Shown here one piece after another: positions 1 through 7,692 of a DNA stretch of 36,645 nucleotides. How positions within the stretch are numbered: position 1 is the first letter of the stretch; the number at the start of each line of letters is the position of its first letter. Source of the DNA: a virus; the UHGV virus genome UHGV-0317196; one strand, written 5' to 3'. The notes beneath the pieces are model-generated. The model ran no database searches. It was not told the origin of the DNA and was given only the letters and a program-made list of their open reading frames with translations. The translations under genes were made by a program, and so were the position numbers.

Positions 1-179
1 AGATCCCGCAGGAATGGATGAATGATTGCTTGTCTGGAATGGAGATGAATGTGTCAAAGATTCTCTCTCTGAAAAATGGAGAAATCGATCCAATCCGTTG
101 TGAAGTTTGCGACTGGTGCAAGCACACCAAAATACTAAAAGCACCAATCTGGCCAGATAATTTGATAGGAGAGGTATAG
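1..179 (+). CDS. 5'-truncated ORF (frame begins at nt 3), C-terminal Cys cluster (RCEVCDWCKH). Plausibly the C-terminus of the PD-(D/E)XK/Cas4-like nuclease that is cut off at the window's 3' end, if the molecule is circular.
   Basis: Open frame from the window edge to TAG at 177-179. CxxCxxC cluster typical of the Fe-S C-termini of Cas4-like nucleases. Frame is continuous with ORF 36027..36645 across the window junction. Confidence 0.3.
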   Translation, partial: IPQEWMNDCLSGMEMNVSKILSLKNGEIDPIRCEVCDWCKHTKILKAPIWPDNLIGEV

Positions 180-458
180 ATGAAAAAGTCAGACACTGTG
201 GTTACGGAATACGTTGAGTTTTGCTTGATATGCGGGAAACCATACAACATCGAGGGGCATCACCTGATCTGTGGAAAAGGAAGAAGGCAAAAAGGAACGG
301 AGGACAAGCTGCTCCTGCCTGTATGTAGTGATTGCCACAAAAGGATACATGGAGATGGTGTAAGCATGGCACTGTCGAAGATGGTAGGGCAGGCAATTTA
401 TGAGCAGAACCATACACGAGAGGAATTTAGGGAACGATATGGACAATCATATTTTTGA
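180..458 (+). CDS. small HNH endonuclease-like protein
   Basis: SD AGGAGAGG upstream of the ATG. Motifs CGKPYNIEGHHLI...CSDCHKRIH (His-Me finger with Cys zinc ligands). Confidence 0.5.
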   Translation: MKKSDTVVTEYVEFCLICGKPYNIEGHHLICGKGRRQKGTEDKLLLPVCSDCHKRIHGDGVSMALSKMVGQAIYEQNHTREEFRERYGQSYF

Positions 459-843
459 AATCAGAGGGAAATTTTACAAAGGACATTGTTTCCCGGGTCT
501 GAATGATTACATACATGAGATCGGGAAGAACCCGAAAGTAGGAAATCGAATGAAGCAACAGTATCAGATGATAGCCTGTAACGCCGTCAGACTTGGTTTA
601 AAGCGTTTTAAAACAGATAAGCCTATCATTCTGCACTATATGTTTAAAGAGCCGAAAAAAGGCAATAAACGGGATAGAATGAATGTTTTTAGTTTTGCGG
701 ACAAGGTGATTGAGGACGCATTGCAGAAATGCGATGTGATTGTTAATGATGATCCGGCTCATGTCGTGAATACAACGCATGAGTTTGAGTATACAAGTGG
801 AATCCCGTCAATCATTGTCCGGATTGAAGAGGTAATGAGGTAG
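439..843 (+). CDS. RusA-like Holliday junction resolvase (divergent)
   Basis: Internal start MDNHIF with an AGGGAA SD. The C-terminal block KRDRMNVFSFADKVIEDAL..VIVNDD..VV resembles the RusA RRDLDNL..AFDAL...LDDAQVV core. Position in the replication module fits. Confidence 0.4.
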   Translation: MDNHIFEIRGKFYKGHCFPGLNDYIHEIGKNPKVGNRMKQQYQMIACNAVRLGLKRFKTDKPIILHYMFKEPKKGNKRDRMNVFSFADKVIEDALQKCDVIVNDDPAHVVNTTHEFEYTSGIPSIIVRIEEVMR

Positions 844-905
844 AGAGCCTTGTTATAAATTGTAACCCGTTCATGTTCAGGTACGTCACACTACGTTGAA
901 TACAT

Positions 906-929
906 ATCCCGGGAGGAATCCCGGGAGGA
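906..929. repeat. tandem 12-bp direct repeat ATCCCGGGAGGA x2 (a third partial copy near 941) in the promoter/5' UTR of the replisome organizer gene
   Basis: Exact tandem duplication read directly; contains a CCCGGG palindrome. Confidence 0.6.
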
Positions 930-954
930 AAGGAGCGAAAGTCTCGGGAGAATT

Positions 955-1782
955 ATGGCTAAAAAGTATTACTGGCTAAAGCTAAAAAACAACTTTTTTA
1001 GTCAGCCAAAAATAAAAAAACTCAGGAAAATAGCCGGTGGAGATACTTACACGATCATATATCTAAAAATGCAGCTTTACAGTCTGGAAGATGATGGAAA
1101 GTTATATTTTGATGGCATCGAAGAGAATTTTGTAGAGGAAATGGCATTGAAGATAGATGAAGACCCGGAAAATGTAGGCGTTACAATTCAGTTTTTAATT
1201 GCGCAAGGACTTATGATTTTATGTGATGATAATGAGTATTTAATGACAGAAACGCAAGAATCAATAGGGTCAGAAAGTGACTCCGCACAACGAGTTAGAG
1301 CGCATCGCGAGCGAAAAGCGTTACATTGTAACGATACGGTAACATTGTGTAACACAGAGATAGAGAAAGAGATAGAGAAAGAGAAAGAGATAGAGATAGA
1401 GAAAGAGAATAGAGATAGAGTAAAGAGAAAAGAGAAAGAAAAAGAGATAGAAGAGTTATTTGAGCGATTATGGAAAAAATATCCGGAGAAAAAAGGAAAA
1501 GGGCAGGTAAGTAAAAAGAGTAAGGAAAGGCTACTCGATATTGGCTGCGAGCAATTCGAAAGAGCGATAAATCGATACAAAGAAGATTTAAAAGAAAATG
1601 AATGGAGAAAACCACAATACGGCAGCACCTTTTTTAACACCGGATATGAAGATTATCTCGACAAAAATTATCAGCCACCGGAGAGGACGGCAAAACCGCC
1701 AGTAAGCAGAAACTTAAATAACTTCGAACGCAGAGGATACGACATGGACTCTCTGGAAGAGCAGTTGTTGAAGTCAAATTAA
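955..1782 (+). CDS. phage replisome organizer / replication initiation protein (N-terminal organizer domain, low-complexity linker, conserved C-terminal domain)
   Basis: N-terminus MAKKYYWLKLKNNFF...YTIIYLKMQLYSL is typical of Firmicutes phage replisome organizers. The (EIEK)n linker is encoded by tandem DNA repeats. SD GGGAG upstream. Confidence 0.6.
   Translation: MAKKYYWLKLKNNFFSQPKIKKLRKIAGGDTYTIIYLKMQLYSLEDDGKLYFDGIEENFVEEMALKIDEDPENVGVTIQFLIAQGLMILCDDNEYLMTETQESIGSESDSAQRVRAHRERKALHCNDTVTLCNTEIEKEIEKEKEIEIEKENRDRVKRKEKEKEIEELFERLWKKYPEKKGKGQVSKKSKERLLDIGCEQFERAINRYKEDLKENEWRKPQYGSTFFNTGYEDYLDKNYQPPERTAKPPVSRNLNNFERRGYDMDSLEEQLLKSN
1320..1455. repeat. iteron-like repeats inside the replisome organizer gene: ACATTGT(G)TAAC x2 (1320-1355) followed by about 8 tandem copies of GAGATAGAGAAA (1356-1455). 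Candidate phage ori.
   Basis: Direct reading. Replisome-organizer (lambda O-like) genes commonly carry the origin as internal iterons. Confidence 0.5.
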
Positions 1783-1793
1783 GGAGGAGCAAA

Positions 1794-2498
1794 ATGAAAG
1801 AAGAATTATTTAAAATGGCACAGGAGTGCCTTTCCGAGGAAGAAGTAAAGGAAATCCTCAGAAATAAATTCAAGGAATCAATAGAATCGGCAATAGAAAA
1901 AACGTTTAGATGGGGAAAAGTAGAAAGTGCACTGAAGAAAAAAATAGAAGAAGTCATGGTGCCGTACATAGAGAAGTATGATTTTTCGGAATACCTTCCA
2001 AAGTTGGATACGGTGCTTACTGAAATTGTAAATTCTGATGCTTGCATTGAGAATAAAAAGATTCTGGAGAATTTTAAGGATTTATCAATCAAGCAGGAAG
2101 AAAAAGAGATTAAAGTCACGGATCTGTTTGAAGCATGGATTAAAATGTGCGAGAAGAAGATCAGTACAACTGGCCTGGAAGTGGAGTTTGACGATGGACC
2201 ATACTACGAATCGGTCGGATGCGAGATGCGAATAGAAGAGAGTGAAAGACCTGTTTGGAGTTCTGTGCATAGGGCGGTGATTGTTTTCGAAAACGATCAT
2301 GATGAAGAATTAAACATCGAGATTCCGATATCAAAATGGGATTTTGAGTCAAAGAAGCAAGAAACTTCGGTTAAGGATATCTTCGGCAACATTGCAAATT
2401 ACATGGAGTTTCACGAAGGCTGGGTACGGACCAGTTGCCGACTCAACAGGGCGATGTCGAATCCAAACCGGATATTAATGCGGAGGTATTTACAGTAG
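1794..2498 (+). CDS. hypothetical early protein
   Basis: Long ORF with SD AAGGAGGAG 6 nt upstream; acidic. No motif recognised. Confidence 0.45.
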   Translation: MKEELFKMAQECLSEEEVKEILRNKFKESIESAIEKTFRWGKVESALKKKIEEVMVPYIEKYDFSEYLPKLDTVLTEIVNSDACIENKKILENFKDLSIKQEEKEIKVTDLFEAWIKMCEKKISTTGLEVEFDDGPYYESVGCEMRIEESERPVWSSVHRAVIVFENDHDEELNIEIPISKWDFESKKQETSVKDIFGNIANYMEFHEGWVRTSCRLNRAMSNPNRILMRRYLQ

Positions 2499-2573
2499 AC
2501 TATAAAAAATAAGCGAAAAATAGAAAGGAGCCAGCCTCCGGCCGGGGCAAGGGTATACCGGGCTTCTGAGAAA

Positions 2574-3458
2574 ATGGATAAAGAGAAAAAAGCAATCGAA
2601 AGAATTAAAATGGCAAGTGAAATGAGTCTGCATCACTATGGTAGACCGCTTATTTGCACATACAGCGGAGGAAAAGATAGTGATGTGATGTTAGAGATTT
2701 TTAAGCGATCCGGAATCCCATTTGAAGTACATAATAGCCATACAACGGCAGATGCGCCGCAGACAGTTCGGCATATTCGGGAGGTATTCCGAGAACTGGA
2801 ACTGCATGGAATTAAGTGCGAAATAGAAAAACCACGCTATAAAGGAAAATTGATTAGCATGTGGAGCTTAATTCCAGAAAAGCTTATTCCGCCGACAAGA
2901 ATTGTAAGATACTGTTGCTCTACGCTGAAAGAAACTGGATGTGCAAACCGGTATATCGCAACCGGAGTAAGATGGGACGAAAGTACTTCCAGATTGAAAA
3001 GGGAAGAGTTTGAAAAGCTCGGACAAACCCAAAAAGAGAAAGAAAAATTTACGAAGATAATGCTGATGGAGGATAACGATGCACGAAGACGGATGAGTGA
3101 GCTATGTATGCAGCAGAAAAAAATGATTGTAAATCCTATAATAGATTGGACGCATAGTGATATCTGGGGATATATAAATTCCGAGAAAATAGAGACGTGC
3201 GATCTGTACCAGTGCGGATATGACCGTGTTGGTTGCATCGGATGTCCGATGGCAGGCAAGAAGCGTTACAAAGAGTTTGCAGATTTTCCAAAGTATAAGC
3301 AATTGTATATAAATGCTTTCGACAGGATGTTGAAAGAACGTGAACGAAGAGGAAAAGAATGTAAGTGGACGACAGGGGAAGAGGTATTTCTTTGGTGGAT
3401 GGAAGACGAAAACATACCAGGGCAAATGAGTATAGAAGACTTTATTGCGGAGGAATGA
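2574..3458 (+). CDS. phosphoadenosine phosphosulfate (PAPS) reductase family / PP-loop ATP pyrophosphatase (DndC/SspD/CysH-like) with C-terminal Cys cluster
   Basis: PP-loop SGGKDS near the N-terminus. C-terminal CDLYQCGYDRVGCIGCP (four Cys). Start uncertain (2574 or 2610); no strong SD directly upstream. Confidence 0.7.
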   Translation: MDKEKKAIERIKMASEMSLHHYGRPLICTYSGGKDSDVMLEIFKRSGIPFEVHNSHTTADAPQTVRHIREVFRELELHGIKCEIEKPRYKGKLISMWSLIPEKLIPPTRIVRYCCSTLKETGCANRYIATGVRWDESTSRLKREEFEKLGQTQKEKEKFTKIMLMEDNDARRRMSELCMQQKKMIVNPIIDWTHSDIWGYINSEKIETCDLYQCGYDRVGCIGCPMAGKKRYKEFADFPKYKQLYINAFDRMLKERERRGKECKWTTGEEVFLWWMEDENIPGQMSIEDFIAEE

Positions 3459-3461
3459 CTA

Positions 3462-3872
3462 ATGACGAAAACAGAAGAAACATGGATGGACGGGATCACA
3501 ACGGAAATGATGGAACATATCTGCGACAACCTGTGCAAGTATCCAGATCAGCTAAGTGAAATGGAACTGGAAGATAAATGCGCAGAGTGCAAGATGGGAC
3601 GGTTTGTGTGCGATATTTTGAACCAGTATAACAAGGTGAATGATTTTGTGGACAGCCAGTGTGCGAAGTTGATGAATCAGATGCATGAGTTGAAAGAGCG
3701 TGATACGGCGAAAAAGCCAGAAGAAGTAGACTATGAATTAGGTTATTTCGTTTGCCCAAGTTGCAGAGAGTCAATATGTTTTATTGATGGACATGCAGAA
3801 GAGCACGAATGCTGTCTGAAGTGCGGCCAGAGATTAGATTGGAGCGAGGAATATCATGATGGGAAGATGTAA
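3462..3872 (+). CDS. Cys-rich protein with four CxxC pairs (likely two zinc-ribbon/rubredoxin-like sites)
   Basis: CDNLC, CAEC, CPSC, CLKC. The ATG overlaps the stop of the PAPS-reductase-like gene (TGACTAATG), suggesting translational coupling. Confidence 0.5.
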   Translation: MTKTEETWMDGITTEMMEHICDNLCKYPDQLSEMELEDKCAECKMGRFVCDILNQYNKVNDFVDSQCAKLMNQMHELKERDTAKKPEEVDYELGYFVCPSCRESICFIDGHAEEHECCLKCGQRLDWSEEYHDGKM

Positions 3873-4005
3873 ATTAACAAGTATATGCGGACACGATTAT
3901 TGCTGCATAGAATGTCCGGACAACGATATTTGTAATATACAGTGTGCAGATGAGGACATGTATGAGTATTGTGTGGAGTGTCCGGAATATGAGGAGGTGG
4001 AATAG
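3856..4005 (+). CDS. 49-aa Cys-rich small protein (MMGRCKLTSICGHDYCCIECPDNDICNIQCADEDMYEYCVECPEYEEVE)
   Basis: Below the ORF-track cutoff. Overlaps the end of the previous gene and ends immediately before the YopX ATG. GAGGAA SD. 10 Cys in 49 aa. Confidence 0.3.
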   Translation: MMGRCKLTSICGHDYCCIECPDNDICNIQCADEDMYEYCVECPEYEEVE

Positions 4006-4449
4006 ATGAGAGAAGTTCTTTTCAAAGCAAAGAGAAAAGACAATGGTGAATGGGTGGAAGGGTATGTTGTTGCATATCCTTCTGGAAAAGTGGAAATACA
4101 CAAAATTAGCAAAGAATTACCAGATATATTACTAAAATGCGAGATTGCTCCAAGTACTTTATGCCAGTACACCGGACTTACCGACAAAAACGATAAGAAG
4201 ATCTGGGAGAATGATATTCTCAGATATAGTTATGACTATGATGGAAGTCCGTTTTTAAAAGATGGCGAAGAGATAAAATATCGTGTAGGTGCTGTGTTTT
4301 GGAGCGAATGGAGGGGATCATGGGCAGTATGTGGACGAGGAAATAAAAAATGCACCAATAACGATGTTTTTAAATATAATCGGAATCCAAATAGAACGGA
4401 AGTTATCGGAAACATTTTTGACAATCCAGAGCTGTTGGAGGTGGAGTGA
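4006..4449 (+). CDS. YopX family phage protein
   Basis: N-terminus MREVLFKAKRKDNGEWVEGYVV matches the YopX consensus (MREIKFR..DNGEWVYG). Confidence 0.6.
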   Translation: MREVLFKAKRKDNGEWVEGYVVAYPSGKVEIHKISKELPDILLKCEIAPSTLCQYTGLTDKNDKKIWENDILRYSYDYDGSPFLKDGEEIKYRVGAVFWSEWRGSWAVCGRGNKKCTNNDVFKYNRNPNRTEVIGNIFDNPELLEVE

Positions 4450-4637
4450 TGAACGTATTAGAGAAAATCATAGAAGAAATCGAATCCATGAAAAATGACG
4501 CCTACGAAACCTTGAAGGAAGAAAAGCGAAAACACGGAGCGAGCAAAACAGCGAAAGAGCTGGAAAGCTATATTTATGGGCTGACTTGTGCAGTAGATGT
4601 CGTAGAGAAGTATGTGGATAAGGAGGATACGGAATGA
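4446..4637 (+). CDS. hypothetical small protein. Its N-terminus is duplicated in the next gene.
   Basis: ORF with ATGA overlap to YopX. Shares MNVLEKI(I/L)EE with the 4634 ORF. Confidence 0.35.
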   Translation: MMNVLEKIIEEIESMKNDAYETLKEEKRKHGASKTAKELESYIYGLTCAVDVVEKYVDKEDTE

Positions 4638-5155
4638 ACGTACTAGAGAAGATTTTGGAAGAAAAAGAAATTGTAGCGATCAAAGAACTAATAGAAGAAA
4701 ATGAAAAATGCTTTAATCATTGTGAGGGTGCTTGTTGTAGCGTGAAAAGCGGTATATGCAATTGTGATGATGGCGTGATAGTGCAAGCAATTCATAAAAT
4801 GAAGAAGTATTTAGAGTTGGCTAATGACACAAATGTCCCTAGTAAAAACGGTTGGATTCCGGTAAGTGAGAAATTGCCGGAAGTCGGGAAAATGGTAAAA
4901 GTTACCGTACACTCATCCGAATGGATTGCGGACTACGATTCGGCCTGGGTTCCAGAAGAAGAACAGACATACCATCCGGAAGAATACAGTGTGTATGATG
5001 GATATCTGAGCAGAACAGGAGAATGGAGATTCTATGATGAGCAATATTCGGAAAACACCTGTGCAAAAGAATTTGGAACAGATAAGGGAACGGTGTACGA
5101 TGTCGTGACAGCGTGGATGCCGAAAGAACAGATAAAACCATACAAGGAGGAATAA
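4634..5155 (+). CDS. DUF551 domain phage protein with Cys-rich N-terminal region
   Basis: C-terminal WIPVSEKLPE...VTAWMPKEQIKPYK matches the DUF551 signature (W.P..E.LP...AWMPLPEPY). Confidence 0.5.
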   Translation: MNVLEKILEEKEIVAIKELIEENEKCFNHCEGACCSVKSGICNCDDGVIVQAIHKMKKYLELANDTNVPSKNGWIPVSEKLPEVGKMVKVTVHSSEWIADYDSAWVPEEEQTYHPEEYSVYDGYLSRTGEWRFYDEQYSENTCAKEFGTDKGTVYDVVTAWMPKEQIKPYKEE

Positions 5156-5156
5156 C

Positions 5157-5348
5157 ATGGACATTATAATTACAATCGCATTCTTGACCCTTTACTACAT
5201 ATTGGGGCTGGGAACTGTAATTACTTTAAAAACAGGAATCGAAGAGGAAGTAGAACTTGAAGGAGCAGATTATCTTCATGCCGCAGGCTTTCCGATACTG
5301 TTATTTGTGGTGTTTTTAGATTGGATAGCGCGAAAGATAGTGAGGTAG
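5157..5348 (+). CDS. small membrane protein (two predicted TM helices)
   Basis: Hydrophobic segments IIITIAFLTLYYILGLGTVI and FPILLFVVFLDWI. Confidence 0.3.
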   Translation: MDIIITIAFLTLYYILGLGTVITLKTGIEEEVELEGADYLHAAGFPILLFVVFLDWIARKIVR

Positions 5349-5353
5349 AAAAT

Positions 5354-5947
5354 ATGAGAAAATTTAACTGGGACGAATTTAAGTATGCAGATAATAAGAT
5401 CGCAGTGCATTGTAAGACTGAGGAAGAAGCGGTAGATTTTTGCAAGCAGATGCACGAACAAGGGATGAAATGGCGCGGTGAATATAGTTATTTGGACTAT
5501 ACGAATTATTACATATACGCGGAAAGTACTTGTTATACAGCAGAAGGCAAATACTGTCACGAAAATTATTACAAAAAAAGGGGATACACAATCTTGGAAT
5601 GGAGTGATTGCATGCAGAAAGAATTTATAAAAGCGGATTTAAAAGACGGAATGGTGGTCGAATATAATGATAACTATTTCGGGAAAAGACTTGTTGTAGG
5701 CGGCTTTTTGATTGGCGAAGATGGATATGCGGATTTGGGAGACTATAACGAAAACTTAAAAAGTGCTGTAAGCGATTTGGAAATAGTTAGGGTATATAAG
5801 ATTAAACGCATGGGGGAAATTAGCAGTATCATGGATGATAACAACCCCGAACTCATCTGGGAGCGCAAAGAACCAAAGAAAATGACAGTGGAAGAAATGA
5901 GGAAGAAGTTGGAAGAACTAACAGGAGAGGAAATTGAGGTGATGTAG
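5354..5947 (+). CDS. hypothetical early protein
   Basis: Internal start MRKFNW preceded by GTGAGGTAG. No motif recognised. Confidence 0.4.
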   Translation: MRKFNWDEFKYADNKIAVHCKTEEEAVDFCKQMHEQGMKWRGEYSYLDYTNYYIYAESTCYTAEGKYCHENYYKKRGYTILEWSDCMQKEFIKADLKDGMVVEYNDNYFGKRLVVGGFLIGEDGYADLGDYNENLKSAVSDLEIVRVYKIKRMGEISSIMDDNNPELIWERKEPKKMTVEEMRKKLEELTGEEIEVM

Positions 5948-5949
5948 GC

Positions 5950-6174
5950 ATGACCAGAGAGACTATGAAGCGCAGAAGGGAGACAGCAGACACCGTGAGA
6001 AAGATAGAAGCACACAAGATGGCAACGAGAAAGCCCTGTGAGACAGCTTTAAAGCAACAGGGGCATAAAGCCTTTGCCTGTGATTTTAAAAGGGCTGACA
6101 GAACAAATACGGACACTCTGGAATACATAGCAAGCAAGTACAACATCAAAAAGCCAATTCCGGGAGGTGATTGA
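5950..6174 (+). CDS. hypothetical basic protein
   Basis: ORF packed between neighbours; no motif. Confidence 0.3.
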   Translation: MTRETMKRRRETADTVRKIEAHKMATRKPCETALKQQGHKAFACDFKRADRTNTDTLEYIASKYNIKKPIPGGD

Positions 6175-6583
6175 GGTGGATAAGAATATAATCTATGAGT
6201 ACATGGATGCAAAAGCTCTGGTAAAAGAAACAGAAGAAGACATCAGACGGCACAGAAGAAAGATGATCGTACAGGATAAGGTGACAGGCAGCAATCCAGA
6301 GTTTCCGTACCAACCACAGAGCTTTAATATCTCTGGATGTATAGAGAATCCCGTAAATGTGGATGAGGAAGAAAAACTACTGGAAGAGCGCAAGAGGAAC
6401 GCGAAGCTGATTAAAGTAAAAGCGGAGCGTGTAATCAATAAAGCACCGGTTCGGATGCAGCGGATTATCCGGTTCAGGGTCATGCAGGAGCTTACATGGG
6501 ATTCTGTAGCGGTAAAAATGGGTGGAAAATGCACAAAAGACAGCGTGAGAATGGAATTTCAGAATTGGATGAAAGAAAAATAA
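6167..6583 (+). CDS. ArpU-family / sigma-70 region-4-like phage late transcriptional regulator
   Basis: C-terminal RMQRIIRFRVMQELTWDSVAVKMG resembles the sigma r4 HTH of ArpU/RinA-type activators. Sits in the canonical position just upstream of terS. Confidence 0.5.
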   Translation: MIEVDKNIIYEYMDAKALVKETEEDIRRHRRKMIVQDKVTGSNPEFPYQPQSFNISGCIENPVNVDEEEKLLEERKRNAKLIKVKAERVINKAPVRMQRIIRFRVMQELTWDSVAVKMGGKCTKDSVRMEFQNWMKEK

Positions 6584-6677
6584 AGTTATTTCGTTTTTTT
6601 CACATTTTTCGTTCTAAGCAGTTTATAGTATATCATGGAGTTAAAAGATAAGCTCCAAAATCTTTCCAAACATTCGG

Positions 6678-6720
6678 AACACCGCCGGACTTTTACCCTT
6701 TCTCGTCTGGCGGTGTTTTC
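6678..6720 (+). terminator. rho-independent terminator after the ArpU-like gene
   Basis: 12-bp stem AACACCGCCGGA/TCTGGCGGTGTT (one G-U pair), 16-nt loop, followed by TTTTC. Confidence 0.6.
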
Positions 6721-6722
6721 AT

Positions 6723-6794
6723 GTGGAGTATAGCATCAATGGTAGATGCGCAGGGTCGCGCCCTGTGTCCTTGGTTCGATTCCAAGTGCTCCGC
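6723..6794 (+). tRNA. tRNA-like element with canonical T-arm (CTTGG-TTCGATT-CCAAG), D-arm and U8, but a non-canonical anticodon arm (CAGGG-TCGCG-CCCTG). Possible degenerate or pseudo-tRNA.
   Basis: Hand-folded. Acceptor TGGAGTA/TGCTCCG with two G-U pairs. GGTTCGATTCC T-loop box. The anticodon cannot be assigned cleanly (CGC if the loop is 7 nt). Confidence 0.3.
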
Positions 6795-6988
6795 TTTGAG
6801 ATGTGAGTATACAGGCTGCACAGCTGAGGTCTGTTCTGGGAGTGCACACCGGACTTACATTGCAAATGGTACCAAAACGCAGATATCCGCAGATCTGCAA
6901 AACAAACAAAAATAGATTCAGCAATCTATATTTAGTGTCAGTACCCGAGTGCGGATAGGGTAAAGGATGTCAATAAAAGGCATCCTAC

Positions 6989-7061
6989 GGGTGTATAGCT
7001 CAGTTGGTAGAGCGATCGGCTGTTAACCGATTTGTCGTAGGTTCGAATCCTGCTATACCCG
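6989..7061 (+). tRNA. tRNA-Asn (anticodon GTT)
   Basis: Hand-folded cloverleaf: acceptor GGGTGTA/TATACCC; D-arm GCTC-AGTTGGTA-GAGC; anticodon stem ATCGG/CCGAT with loop CTGTTAA; T-arm GTAGG-TTCGAAT-CCTGC; discriminator G. No encoded CCA. Confidence 0.85.
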
Positions 7062-7224
7062 TTGTGGACTACTGCAAAGTTTCCTCCTTTTTTTCTTATA
7101 AATTTTGATTGTGTATTTGGTTATTTTGGTTTTTGTTGGCGTTATTAATTCTTTCAGCAGTAGTCCTAAATTCTTAGCATCCAGAGATGGGTGCTTTTAT
7201 TATGTTTTAAAGGTGGTGAGTCGG

Positions 7225-7692
7225 GTGGCGAAAGGTAAATATCAAGAGTGGCTAGAGCCGGAAGGCTTGCTAAAGATAGAGGGATGGGCGAGAGATGGTC
7301 TGACGGACGAGCAGATTGCAGATAATATCGGGATTTCCAGAAGTACATTAAATAGCTGGAAAGACAAGTATTCGGACATTTCGGACACCCTAAAAAGAGG
7401 AAAAGAGGTTGTTGATCGTCAAGTCGAGAATGCTCTGCTAAAACGTGCGCTTGGATATGAGTACACGGAAACGACCAGAGAATATATACCGGAACTCGAT
7501 GAAATGAAAACTACGAAAAAGGTCACAAAGCAAGTAGCGCCGGACACTACAGCCCAGATCTTCTGGTTGAAGAACCGGAAACCGGATAAATGGAGAGATA
7601 AGCAAGAATACGAGGATAGAACAGCAATTGAAAAGCTGGATGAAATCTTGAAAGGATTGCATGACAATGCAGCTAAGCAAAAAGCAGAATGA
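7225..7692 (+). CDS. terS: terminase small subunit (HTH-containing)
   Basis: GTG start after the AGGTGGTGA SD. MAKGKYQEWLEPEGLLKIEGWARDGLTDEQIADNIGISRSTLNSWKDKY is the classic TerS N-terminus. The upstream in-frame extension (7105..7224) is hydrophobic low-complexity and not credited. Confidence 0.7.
   Translation: MAKGKYQEWLEPEGLLKIEGWARDGLTDEQIADNIGISRSTLNSWKDKYSDISDTLKRGKEVVDRQVENALLKRALGYEYTETTREYIPELDEMKTTKKVTKQVAPDTTAQIFWLKNRKPDKWRDKQEYEDRTAIEKLDEILKGLHDNAAKQKAE

Noticed and set aside
439-843. Apparent Asp-to-Met substitution at the second catalytic Asp of the RusA-like protein (DRMN versus DLDN)
   Set aside because: This rests on an eyeball alignment of one motif in a divergent protein and needs a proper profile alignment. 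Not reported as a finding.
1356-1455. CRISPR array
   Set aside because: The only regular repeats are 12-bp coding tandem repeats without spacers. No repeat-spacer architecture exists anywhere in the window.
1188-2119. Minus-strand ORFs 1188..1640, 1295..1615 and 1634..2119 from the ORF track
   Set aside because: They lie antisense to the replisome organizer and the following gene. Their open frames are an artefact of the GAGATAGAGAAA tandem array (poly-Ser/Leu/Phe translation). No SD is present.
2531-2567. Possible hairpin in the GC-rich leader of the PAPS-reductase-like gene
   Set aside because: No convincing extended stem could be built. The two 8-bp palindromes are noted inside finding 3 instead.
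6721-6924. ORFs 6721..6915 (+) and 6736..6924 (-)
   Set aside because: They overlap the tRNA-like element and the leader of tRNA-Asn in a 500-bp non-coding stretch. No SD; the open frames are GC-driven.
7105-7224. N-terminal extension of the terS ORF (MIVYLVILVFVGVINSF...)
   Set aside because: Hydrophobic low-complexity with no SD. The conserved TerS N-terminus begins at the GTG at 7225, which has a strong SD.
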